Shown: positions 1 through 9,065 of the stretch, piece after piece
Numbering within the stretch: the first letter of the stretch is position 1
Layout: every line of letters starts with the position of its first letter
Source of the DNA: an uncultured Candidatus Binatia bacterium
Lineage (GTDB): Bacteria; Desulfobacterota; Binatia; UBA9968; CAXXLF01
Direction: 5' to 3'
Assembly (NCBI GenBank): GCA_965218425.1
Contig: OZ244621.1
Location: 3,808,001 to 3,872,000 of the forward strand
Length of the DNA: 64,000 nucleotides
The notes under the pieces: generated by a model
What the model was told of the DNA's origin: nothing
Databases searched by the model: none
What the model saw: only the letters and a program-made list of their open reading frames with translations
Made by a program: the position numbers and the translations under genes

Positions 1-635
1 ATGGAAGCCCGGTGTGCCGTGGGACCGTGGTGGCCGAGGCGGAGGGCTCCACAAGGGCACTCCTAATGGTAGAACGAACCGCCCTCAATTTCCTGCAGCG
101 TCTGTCAGGCACCGCCACCTTGACCCGCCGTTATGTGGAGGCGGTGGATGGATTCCCCTGCGAAATCATAGATACGCGCAAAACAACCCCAGGGCTTCGA
201 GCCTTGGAAAAATACGCTGTCCGGATGGGCGGCGGGACCAATCACCGTCTTGGGCTTTACGACGCGGCCCTGATCAAAGACAACCATATCGTTGCCTCGG
301 GGTCCATCTCAAAGGCCATTGAGAAGGTTCGTGGCCATGCCCCATTTATGGCACGGATCGAAGTAGAGTGTTCCGACCTCAAGCAGATTGAAGAGGCCCT
401 GGACGCATCTGCGGACGTCATCATGCTAGACAATATGGGGACCAAGGAAATGGCCGAAGCGGTAAAACTGATCAACAAAAGGGCCTGGGTGGAGGCCTCT
501 GGAGGGATCAATATGGAAGTGGTGCGGGAGGTGGCCAGCACCGGAGTGGATTTTATTTCTTTAGGTGCTTTGACCCATTCCGCTCCATCGGCGGATTTCA
601 ACATGAAGATCGATGCGGGTACGCCGAGGCCTTAG
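1..635 (+). CDS. nadC: Nicotinate-nucleotide diphosphorylase (quinolinate phosphoribosyltransferase), 5'-truncated by window edge
   Basis: Motifs ERTALNFLQRLSG, DTRKTTPGLR, NHRLGLYD, LIKDNH, IMLDNM, EASGGI. Confidence 0.95.
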   Translation, partial: GSPVCRGTVVAEAEGSTRALLMVERTALNFLQRLSGTATLTRRYVEAVDGFPCEIIDTRKTTPGLRALEKYAVRMGGGTNHRLGLYDAALIKDNHIVASGSISKAIEKVRGHAPFMARIEVECSDLKQIEEALDASADVIMLDNMGTKEMAEAVKLINKRAWVEASGGINMEVVREVASTGVDFISLGALTHSAPSADFNMKIDAGTPRP

Positions 636-641
636 CCTTTC

Positions 642-1466
642 ATGAACCACGGTAATGAAATGGCCGCTACTCATCAGCTCCTTTCCCCAGATGACATTCA
701 AAACGCCATTTCTACTGAACGCATCGGCAAAAAAATCCACTGGTTTGAGACCCTATCCTCAACCAATATTCAGGCCCACGAAATAGCACGGCAGGGGGCC
801 GCCGAGGGTGAAATCATTGTCGCCGAAGAACAAACCCAGGGGAAGGGCAGGGCAGGGAGAAGCTGGGTTTCCCCGCCCTATTTGAATCTTTACCTGTCCT
901 TGATCCTGCGACCAACCCTTCCCCCAAGCTGTACTCCTCAGATCACTTTGATGTCGGCTGTTGCCTTAGCCGAGACCCTTCAATCCTTTATAACGGCTCC
1001 CCCTGAAATTAAATGGCCCAATGATATTCTCGTGGAAGGGAAAAAGATTGCTGGTATTCTGACGGAGTCCTGCTGTGAGGCCCACGGGGTTGTCTATGTG
1101 GTGGTGGGGATTGGGGTTAACCTGAATTATTCCAGAGAGCAAATGCCCAAGGCCATACAAAACCAGGCAACCTCTTTCCTTATATTAGACCAAAAACCCA
1201 TGGATCGAATTGCCTTCACATCCCGATTGATTCAGGACCTCGATCGGTGCTATGGAATCCTGGCAGGGAAAGGGTTCGCCGATATCGCCAAGCGCTGGGA
1301 AAGCTTTTTCAGACTGCGGGGTAGGCAGGTGAGGGTGGATATGCCGGATGGGGTCGTCCAGGGCAAGGCGATGGGTATCGATACGGATGGGGCATTGATC
1401 CTGGAAGGGGAGGGGGGGCACCGCGAGAGGATCCTTGCGGGGGACGTGATCCCTGTCCAGACATAG
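642..1466 (+). CDS. birA: Biotin-[acetyl-CoA-carboxylase] ligase without N-terminal HTH
   Basis: STN, QTQGKGRAGRSW, KWPNDI, KIAGIL, GIGVNLN motifs; C-terminal SH3-like GIDTDGAL. Confidence 0.92.
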   Translation: MNHGNEMAATHQLLSPDDIQNAISTERIGKKIHWFETLSSTNIQAHEIARQGAAEGEIIVAEEQTQGKGRAGRSWVSPPYLNLYLSLILRPTLPPSCTPQITLMSAVALAETLQSFITAPPEIKWPNDILVEGKKIAGILTESCCEAHGVVYVVVGIGVNLNYSREQMPKAIQNQATSFLILDQKPMDRIAFTSRLIQDLDRCYGILAGKGFADIAKRWESFFRLRGRQVRVDMPDGVVQGKAMGIDTDGALILEGEGGHRERILAGDVIPVQT

Positions 1467-1477
1467 ACCATTGAGCC

Positions 1478-2272
1478 ATGCTGCTAGCTATTGATGTAGG
1501 TAACAGCCATATCGTTTCAGGTGTCTATGAGGGGAAGAAACTACTCACTCATTGGCGCCTCCTAACTCAAGCAGAACGAACGGCGGATGAGTACGGCGCC
1601 TTGATTTCTCACCTGTCCTCCGCTAGAGGGATTGCCTGCGGTGAGATCCATTCTATCATCCTTTCCTGCGTGGTTCCGCCCGTTCTGAGTGCCATGCAGG
1701 AGCTTGGGAATCACTTCTTCGGTGTGAGTCCTCTGGTGGTGGGACCGGGGGTCAAAACCGGTATGCCGGTTCTTTACGATACCCCACGCGATGTCGGCAC
1801 GGACCGCATCGTCAATGGCGTGGCAGCCTATGAGAAATTCCATGATGCCTGCATCGTCATTGATTTTGGCACCGCCACCACCTTCGATTATATTTCCAAA
1901 AAAGGAGAATACCTGGGGGGCGCCATCGCCCCGGGTTTGCTCATTTCCACTGAGGCCCTTTTTCAAAGGGCATCGAAACTGCCGCGGGTTGAGATCTCCA
2001 AACCCAAGGAGATTGTGGGAAAAAACACGGTCCATTCCATCCAGTCAGGTATTTTTTATGGATACGTGGCAATGGTGGACGGGATCGTGGATCGGATTCA
2101 AAAGGAAAATCGAGCTCGCGCCAGGGTGATCGCCACTGGCGGTTTAGCGCCACTCATCGCCGAAGAGTCCATCGTTATCGAAGAAGTGGATGAGTTTCTG
2201 ACACTGGAAGGTTTGAGGATCATTTACGAAAGAAACGTAGTTCAAGAGGTGAAAAAAAAGGCACAACAGTAA
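1478..2272 (+). CDS. coaX: Type III pantothenate kinase
   Basis: [39 protein letters not shown] motifs; nadC-birA-coaX synteny. Confidence 0.95.
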   Translation: MLLAIDVGNSHIVSGVYEGKKLLTHWRLLTQAERTADEYGALISHLSSARGIACGEIHSIILSCVVPPVLSAMQELGNHFFGVSPLVVGPGVKTGMPVLYDTPRDVGTDRIVNGVAAYEKFHDACIVIDFGTATTFDYISKKGEYLGGAIAPGLLISTEALFQRASKLPRVEISKPKEIVGKNTVHSIQSGIFYGYVAMVDGIVDRIQKENRARARVIATGGLAPLIAEESIVIEEVDEFLTLEGLRIIYERNVVQEVKKKAQQ

Positions 2273-2284
2273 AAAGGCGGAGTT

Positions 2285-4384
2285 ATGGCTGCAATAGAAG
2301 TCGATAAATTCCGAAATGTGGGTATCCTGGGTCACGGCGGGTCAGGAAAAACATCTCTAGGGGAGGCCTTGCTCTTTAACGGTGGCGCCACCCAACGTCT
2401 TGGCAAAGTGGACGACGGATCGTCAGTGCTGGACTACGAGCCGGAGGAGACCAAACGCCATATTTCCATTTCCGCAGCGTTTCATTCTGTCAAATGGAAA
2501 AAGTGGGTTCTCAGTTTGGTGGATACGCCAGGTTATTCCACCTTCCTGCCGGACACGATGCATTGTATGCGTGGCTTTAGTGGTGCGGTATTTCTCTTGA
2601 ATCCATCGGTGGGACTACGCGTTGAGGCCGAGCGCCTATGGGCTCAGGCCAATGAGTACAACGTCCGGCGGCTCCTCTTTGTGAACAAGGTGGATCGAGA
2701 GGATACGGAGCCCACTGATCATGTAGAGGAGATACTGAACGGGCTTGAGGCTAAAGGGGTTCCCCTCCAGATCCCCATTGGGTTTGGGGAAAACTTCTCC
2801 GGGGTCGTGGACCTTCTAACCATGAAGGCTATTAATTTTGAAGGTGATAGCGGAAAGTCGGCCCAGTCGGAAATTCCAGAGGAGCTAAAGCAAACGGCCG
2901 AGGACGCGCGTATTCGTCTTATAGAAGGTGTCGCCGAGACGGACGACGCCATGCTGGAGAAATATCTGGAAGGCAAGGAGCTCACCCCGGAGGAAGTCAA
3001 ACAAGGAATACGTAAAGGAGTTCTCTCGGGCAACCTTTTGCCAATCCTCTACGGATCAGCAACGCGCCAGATTGGCATCGCGCAGCTTCTGGATGCCATG
3101 GTGGAATATCTCCCATCACCAACGGAGGAAGCGGAGGTTAAAGGGACGAATCCCGTCACAGGAGAGGAGGAGAGGCGATCCTTTGATTTCGGTGCTCCCT
3201 TTTCAGCCTTTGTTTTCAAGACGGTCATCGATCCTTTTGCCGGGCGACTGTCCATCATGCGTGTGCTGTCGGGAAAGATTACGTCAGACATGGGGGCGTA
3301 CAACGCCAACAAGCAGAGCAAGGAAAAAATCGGCCAGTTGCTCAAGCTGGAAGGGAAAAAACAGGAGCCGGTGACCCAGGCCGTGGCCGGAGAAATTGTC
3401 GCCGCAGGTAAACTTAAAGACGTCTCTTCCGGAAATACCCTTTGCGACGAAAAGGCACCTATCCAATTCCTCCCCTTGGCCCAGTTTCCGCCAGCCATCT
3501 CCTTTGCCCTGGAGCCAAAATCCAGGGCCGACGAGGATAAGGTCGCACCCGGTTTGCATCGCATTATGGAGGAAGATCCTGGGGTTCAAATGCACCGGGA
3601 CCAGCAGACGCGAGAATTCATCCTTTCCGGTATGGGTCAGATGCACATCGAGGTGATTGTTGAGAAGCTCAAGCGAAAATACGGCGCAGAGGTGGAGCTG
3701 AAGTCCCCCAAGGTGCCCTACCTGGAAACCATAAAGGCCGGTGCCAATGCCCAGGGCAGATACAAGAAACAATCTGGGGGAAGGGGACAGTTCGGTGATA
3801 CTTGGCTCAAGATCGAACCCTTGCAAAGGGGCAGGGGGTTTGAGTTCGTAAACAACATTGTCGGGGGAGCTATCCCGAAAAATTATATACCGGCAGTGGA
3901 AAAAGGGATCAAGGAGGCAATGGCCGGTGGATACGTTGCTCACTATCCCATGGTTGACGTTCGAGCCACCCTCTACGATGGCTCCTACCACGAGGTGGAT
4001 TCTTCCGATATGGCTTTTAAAATCGCGGGATCCATGGGATTTAAAAACGCTTTGGAAAAGGCCAAGCCGGTCCTTCTGGAACCGGTCATGTCCGTGGAGG
4101 TCACGGTGCCCGAGGATTGCATGGGAGATGCCATTGGGGACCTCAACAGCCGCAGGGGGCGGGTCCTTGGGGTGGAAGCCAGAGGGCACAATCAAATTAT
4201 CAAAGCCAGGGTGCCCATGTCGGAGATTCTCAGGTACGCTCCCGATTTGACCTCAATGACCAGTGGCCGTGGAGAATTTCAAATGTCGCTCTCGCACTAT
4301 GATGAGTTACCGGCCCATTTGACGGAAAAGGTGGTCAGGGAGAGCAAGGCGGCAAACCAGGGAGAAGGCAAAGAAAAAGACTGA
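2285..4384 (+). CDS. fusA: Elongation factor G paralogue (EF-G2-like)
   Basis: GHGGSGKT, DTPGY, NKVD, GMGQMH, KKQSGGRGQFG, DGSYHEVDSS, LLEP motifs; G2/G3 deviate from canonical EF-G. Confidence 0.9.
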   Translation: MAAIEVDKFRNVGILGHGGSGKTSLGEALLFNGGATQRLGKVDDGSSVLDYEPEETKRHISISAAFHSVKWKKWVLSLVDTPGYSTFLPDTMHCMRGFSGAVFLLNPSVGLRVEAERLWAQANEYNVRRLLFVNKVDREDTEPTDHVEEILNGLEAKGVPLQIPIGFGENFSGVVDLLTMKAINFEGDSGKSAQSEIPEELKQTAEDARIRLIEGVAETDDAMLEKYLEGKELTPEEVKQGIRKGVLSGNLLPILYGSATRQIGIAQLLDAMVEYLPSPTEEAEVKGTNPVTGEEERRSFDFGAPFSAFVFKTVIDPFAGRLSIMRVLSGKITSDMGAYNANKQSKEKIGQLLKLEGKKQEPVTQAVAGEIVAAGKLKDVSSGNTLCDEKAPIQFLPLAQFPPAISFALEPKSRADEDKVAPGLHRIMEEDPGVQMHRDQQTREFILSGMGQMHIEVIVEKLKRKYGAEVELKSPKVPYLETIKAGANAQGRYKKQSGGRGQFGDTWLKIEPLQRGRGFEFVNNIVGGAIPKNYIPAVEKGIKEAMAGGYVAHYPMVDVRATLYDGSYHEVDSSDMAFKIAGSMGFKNALEKAKPVLLEPVMSVEVTVPEDCMGDAIGDLNSRRGRVLGVEARGHNQIIKARVPMSEILRYAPDLTSMTSGRGEFQMSLSHYDELPAHLTEKVVRESKAANQGEGKEKD

Positions 4385-4390
4385 GGGTAA

Positions 4391-4597
4391 GTGGAAGACA
4401 GCTTTAAAAATTTCCAGGCGACACTCCTTTACTGCAACAAGTGTCGTCGTGCCATGCCGGTGCGCGAACGCCTGCTCCTCGTCCTTCCGGACGGGAACCT
4501 GTACGACTACACCTGTCAGGGCTGCGGTGATTCCGTGGGCTCGAAGAGCGACAAAATCCCTGCGAATCGAACCATCACAGATCCTTTGGTGCGGTGA
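4391..4597 (+). CDS. Small zinc-ribbon protein
   Basis: CNKC...CQGC pairs; GTG start 6 nt after EF-G stop with GAGG upstream. Confidence 0.7.
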   Translation: MEDSFKNFQATLLYCNKCRRAMPVRERLLLVLPDGNLYDYTCQGCGDSVGSKSDKIPANRTITDPLVR

Positions 4598-4921
4598 TCC
4601 CAGGGAAGCCCTCCTATTTGTTCTTGGGGAGTCCAATGACGTATTTGTTTGGCCTGTAGCGGCGCCGCGGGGGTTATCGCCACTAGATATATCCTCATAA
4701 AACGTATATAGATTAACGGATTGTAGCTTAAAATTAGAGTAAGTTATAAATTATCGGTTTATTTCTGGTCATCGCAGGTTGTATCCCATGATCAGCCGTG
4801 TGCCCACCCTGGGAACCTTATCCGGTCGGCGAAAAGGCGCGTGGAGACGGTGTTATTCCTACCGTTGATGGGGCCTATTGACAATTGGGCGTGACGGATT
4901 AAATTGATGTGGGAGCAGCCC

Positions 4922-5362
4922 ATGGTTGTTTACGATTTGATCTGCGGACAAGAGCATCAGTTTGAGGGATGGTTCCCAAGTGCCGAGGGGTTTGAGGAAC
5001 AGGTGGCAGGCCAACATCTCTCCTGTCCCGTGTGTGGCACAACGAAGGTCGTGAAGCTACCCCATGCCTGCGCCATCCACACCAAGAAAGGAGAAAAGAA
5101 GAAGCGACCTCGCCGCTCCCGGGCGCCTTCCCGTCCCCTCACTGAGACGGAGGCTAAGGAGGCCCTCCTTCGGGTGCACCACTATATACGTGAGAACTTT
5201 GAGGACGTGGGCTCCCGTTTCCCGGAGGAGGCTCGTAAGCAATTTCACGGAGAGGTTGAAAAGAAAGCCATCTACGGCACGGCCACATCGGAGGAGCGGG
5301 GGGAACTGGATGCCGACGGCGTTCCCTACGCCATTCTCCCGAAGCCGGAACTGGATAGCTAG
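4922..5362 (+). CDS. DUF1178 family protein
   Basis: YDLIC..EHQFEGWF, CPVCG, DVG.RF.EEARK, IYG.AT..E...L pattern; ATG at 4922 after GGGAG. Confidence 0.85.
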   Translation: MVVYDLICGQEHQFEGWFPSAEGFEEQVAGQHLSCPVCGTTKVVKLPHACAIHTKKGEKKKRPRRSRAPSRPLTETEAKEALLRVHHYIRENFEDVGSRFPEEARKQFHGEVEKKAIYGTATSEERGELDADGVPYAILPKPELDS

Positions 5363-5592
5363 TCATCTGCCCCATTAACTCCATCCTGGTGATTCCGCAG
5401 GGAGCCACCTTCCTCTTCTGAATTCACTAAGGCTCTTTTACGAAAATTGCTTGATTTCGTAAACTGAGAACCCCGATCCTTCCCCATTTCCCCTTAGTCG
5501 GATACGGTCAAAGAGACGTCTCGCACCACAATTAGTGACGGACGGGCTTCCTTTAATTGACAAATCACCTAAGGCTCTGATACGTCAATACC

Positions 5593-6072
5593 ATGGCCAT
5601 GGACGCACGTGAAATCCGTAACGTGATGGGGCATTTTGCCACCGGGGTAACGGTTATAACAACTAAAGACTCATCTGAAAAACCCTTTGGCCTAACGGTC
5701 AATTCCTTTACCTCTCTATCCCTGGATCCCCCACTGGTCATCGTTTGTGTGGACAAAACCGTGGATTGCTACTCCTGCTTTGATGGATCAAGAGTCTTTG
5801 CCGTCAATGTATTGGGCGAAGACCAGGAAGAACTATCGCGCCGCTTCGCCACCAAGGGAATCGAAAAGTTTAAAGGGCTCCAATGGCGCATGGGGGAACA
5901 CGGGTCGCCGCTCCTTGACGGTGTCGTCGCGACCATCGAGTGCAAGGTTCACCGCAGCTATGAAGGTGGCGACCATACCATTTTTCTCGGTGAAATATTA
6001 AACGCCACCGCCAGCGGGAATAGACCCCTGCTGTTTTTCAAAGGAAAGTACAATCGTCTACCGCCGCCCTAG
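5593..6072 (+). CDS. Flavin reductase family protein (HpaC/RutF-like)
   Basis: FATGVTVIT, TVNSFTSLSLDPPL, GGDHTIFLGE, PLLF motifs. Confidence 0.92.
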   Translation: MAMDAREIRNVMGHFATGVTVITTKDSSEKPFGLTVNSFTSLSLDPPLVIVCVDKTVDCYSCFDGSRVFAVNVLGEDQEELSRRFATKGIEKFKGLQWRMGEHGSPLLDGVVATIECKVHRSYEGGDHTIFLGEILNATASGNRPLLFFKGKYNRLPPP

Positions 6073-6306
6073 ACAGAAATCACCCTTCAGGTGCTCCATC
6101 CTCATAGTTCCGGCGCTCGAAGAGCCGGCAAAAGACCGATCATCCGACTTCTACATGCTCAGGTTCAAATGGTTTTGCCAAGCACTCGGAATGCTTGCGG
6201 TTCGTTCGAATTTCAAGTAATTAAACAGGACAATCACACGGGTGGGCATAAGAGCCGGAACCTCTAACCCTCCGTCGGAATAAACCATGCAGCGAGGAGG
6301 TCCCCC

Positions 6307-7047
6307 ATGCCGGTTTCCAGTGAAAGTTTCGTCAAAGAAATCCAGGAAATGGTGCAACAAAAACACTCAAAGGATCACCCTGTGATTGGGATGATAGAAA
6401 AAGGGGAGTTGAGTCGTGAGGCTCTGAAGGGATTCGTTGGCCAGTTCTATCTATTTTTCCCGAAGCCGTTTCCCAAGCCCATCGCGGCGATGTTGGGTCG
6501 GTGTCCCGATGATGAGGTATTGGAAAAAATGTGGATTGAGAACGTGGTGGAGGAGGGGACCGGGGAAATTTCCGGTACCGACAGCCACAAAGGGCTCTAT
6601 ATTCGCTTTGCTGGGGCGCTCGGGTTTTCCAAGGAGGAGCTGAACCGAGTGGAACCGCTACCCGAAACGTTGGCCTTCGTGGATTGGCGTGAGTTGCTGA
6701 TGTACCAGAGGTCCTGGTTGGAGCTCTATGCGAGTCAAGGCTTTTGCCTCGAGGGAACGGCAAGTCCCCGCATGTCGAAGATCGTTAAAGGACTAACCCG
6801 ACATTATGGTTTCAAGATGGATTCGGAAGATATCCGGTATTGGACCCTTCATATGGGAGTGGACGAAGAGCACATGAAGGTTGGCCCCGAAGCTGTGAGA
6901 AAGTATGCCGTCACCGACGTCCAACAGGATCAGGTTCGCGAGGCCGTGCAGAAGACCCTGGATATATTCTGGTTGGCCTTTGACGGCATCAAGCGTGCCT
7001 TCGTGGACAATGACCCGTTATATTCAAAGTGGAGAAATGGGTGCTAA
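6307..7047 (+). CDS. Heme-oxygenase-like diiron protein (TenA/PqqC/CADD superfamily)
   Basis: HP near N-terminus, ENVVEE...SH, LEG, WTLHMGVDEEH ligand pattern; RBS GAGGAGG. Confidence 0.8.
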   Translation: MPVSSESFVKEIQEMVQQKHSKDHPVIGMIEKGELSREALKGFVGQFYLFFPKPFPKPIAAMLGRCPDDEVLEKMWIENVVEEGTGEISGTDSHKGLYIRFAGALGFSKEELNRVEPLPETLAFVDWRELLMYQRSWLELYASQGFCLEGTASPRMSKIVKGLTRHYGFKMDSEDIRYWTLHMGVDEEHMKVGPEAVRKYAVTDVQQDQVREAVQKTLDIFWLAFDGIKRAFVDNDPLYSKWRNGC

Positions 7048-7066
7048 AGGGAGGAATCGGACATCC

Positions 7067-7723
7067 ATGGAAATGGTAGATCTTTCACGTGTTATCTATG
7101 ACGGTATGCCAAAGATCCCCGTTCTGCCCGATGTTCATGTGAATCAGTGTTTCAGCCTGGGAAAGGGGCACGCCCTCAATGTCACTGAGATCTCTTTACC
7201 GTGTCACGCCGGGACCCACGTGGATGCCCCCGTTCATATCATTGCCAATGGGAAGTCCATTGAAGAGATGCCGTTGGAGTCCTTCGTGGGACCTGGTGCG
7301 GTGATCCCGGTAGAAAAAAAGGGTGGGGAGGAGGTCACTGCCAGGGATTTAGAGGTCTCTGGGGTGACTGTTAACCGGGGAGATATACTGATGCTGTTTA
7401 CCGGCTGGGATACCAAGTTCGAGAGCCCGGACTACAATCTTCATCCCTATCTATCCGTGGACGCCGCTCAATGGATCGTGCAAAGAGGCGTTAAGCTATT
7501 CGGCATCGACTGTATCACGGTTGATCTTCCAACCACTCTAAGGCCAAAGGATTTTGCCTTTCCAGTGCATAAGACTCTCTTGGGCAACGAGGTACTCATC
7601 GCCGAAAATGTGAACAATCTGGGTCGGATCGTTGGGAAGAAGAGTCGGATCCTCGCCTTTCCCATCATGGTCAAGGGCAGCGACGCTGCCCACGCCCGGA
7701 TCGTTGCCGAGATCCTCGATTAG
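7067..7723 (+). CDS. Cyclase family (kynurenine formamidase-like) metal hydrolase
   Basis: HAGTHVDAPVH (HxGTHxDxPxH), GID, IAEN motifs; true start probably ATG 7067 after GGAGG. Confidence 0.9.
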   Translation: MEMVDLSRVIYDGMPKIPVLPDVHVNQCFSLGKGHALNVTEISLPCHAGTHVDAPVHIIANGKSIEEMPLESFVGPGAVIPVEKKGGEEVTARDLEVSGVTVNRGDILMLFTGWDTKFESPDYNLHPYLSVDAAQWIVQRGVKLFGIDCITVDLPTTLRPKDFAFPVHKTLLGNEVLIAENVNNLGRIVGKKSRILAFPIMVKGSDAAHARIVAEILD

Positions 7724-7745
7724 CCATTAAGCTGAGGAGAGAACT

Positions 7746-8714
7746 ATGCCATTCGACAAACCGGTTCACGGCATCATCGGAGCTTGTCTAACACCTTTTG
7801 GGGATGACGATCGAGTCAATTTTAAGGCGTTGGAACAAGAAATCGAATTTCTGGTGGCCGACTGTGATGCCATCTCCATCGCCGCGGTTGAGGCCGCGGA
7901 ATACACCATGCTCACCCGGAACCAGCGTAAAGAGTTGGTTCGCATCGGGACCGAGATGGTGGCAGGACGCGTGCCGGTGCTGGCGGGCTGCTCTTGCCCG
8001 TCCCCCTATGAGGTTATTGAACTGGCGGAATACGCCGCCACCGTGGGGGCCGACATGGCGCAGGTGTTGATGCAGCTTAGACCCTGGGGCCAGCAACCCA
8101 CCATAGCAGAGCTGGTGGAGTACTTTACCCAAGTGGCCTCCGCCAGTCCGTTGCCTATCGTTACCTACCACAATCCGGGTCCCGGGGCTGATCCACCCAT
8201 TGAGACTTTTGTGAAGCTTAGCGAGTTGACCAACATTCAGTACTTCAAGGAAAGCTCGCGCGATATTACCAAGATTACACGGCTGGTGGAGCAGATCGAA
8301 ATGGCGGGGAAGGGGCATTACTTCACAACCATGCAGCCCCTCCTTGCCACCCTCATGATGGGAGGCTCCGGGGCCACCATGCCGCCTCCAGGGACTCGTA
8401 TCGGCGCCCAGGTGGTGAAGGCCTTCCGTGAAGGAGACGTTAATCGAGCGCGGTATTGGCAACGGTGTTTCTCACTGTTCCCCGGTAAATGGGGGGCCTA
8501 TGGCTTACCTCCAGTAATGAAATCGGCCCTGAGACACTTCGGTGTCGATATCGGTGATCCGGTACGACCCTATACCCAGGTGACCCCGAGGGACCATGCG
8601 CAGATCGGTCAATTCTTTCGCCAGATCGGTTTGCTGGGGGACGGTGTGCCCCAAGAGCTTTCCATCAAAGAGGCCGTTGCGGGGTTGGAACAAGAAGACA
8701 CATTTCTACGCTAG
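7746..8714 (+). CDS. Dihydrodipicolinate synthase-family (class I aldolase) protein
   Basis: ACLTPF, GRVPVLAG, YHNP, Schiff-base Lys in FKESS. Confidence 0.85.
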   Translation: MPFDKPVHGIIGACLTPFGDDDRVNFKALEQEIEFLVADCDAISIAAVEAAEYTMLTRNQRKELVRIGTEMVAGRVPVLAGCSCPSPYEVIELAEYAATVGADMAQVLMQLRPWGQQPTIAELVEYFTQVASASPLPIVTYHNPGPGADPPIETFVKLSELTNIQYFKESSRDITKITRLVEQIEMAGKGHYFTTMQPLLATLMMGGSGATMPPPGTRIGAQVVKAFREGDVNRARYWQRCFSLFPGKWGAYGLPPVMKSALRHFGVDIGDPVRPYTQVTPRDHAQIGQFFRQIGLLGDGVPQELSIKEAVAGLEQEDTFLR

Positions 8715-8803
8715 CATACGCGCTCCTTGCCAAAGAATTCTTTTTGGTTTGGTCTCGCAGCGTAAGTCCAATGATTTCACGGTGGGGTCATATATAGGTC
8801 GGA

Positions 8804-9022
8804 GTGATGATACGACGAATATTTGATTGGCTCACGGAATACATCAAGACCTTTTCGGATACCATGCTGTTGCTCTTGCTTCGATCCACCTCATGGTTCG
8901 GTCGAGAGCTCACCCGGGAGGGAAGGGCGGAGCAGGACATGTGGCGGAAGCAACGGCTTAGGAACATCCGCGGCCTCGGTCTGATTTCACGCCGCCGGCA
9001 AGTGAGGCAACAGGGAGAATGA
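8804..9022 (+). CDS. Hypothetical small basic protein
   Basis: ORF with GGAG RBS directly upstream of the SQR-like gene; no recognised domain. Confidence 0.4.
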   Translation: MMIRRIFDWLTEYIKTFSDTMLLLLLRSTSWFGRELTREGRAEQDMWRKQRLRNIRGLGLISRRRQVRQQGE

Positions 9023-9065
9023 ACGGATACAGTCGTTTGGGAAAACTTAAGGTGGAGAACCTAAC

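Noticed and set aside
6307..7047. PQQ biosynthesis (pqqC)
   Set aside because: No pqqA, B, D or E nearby.
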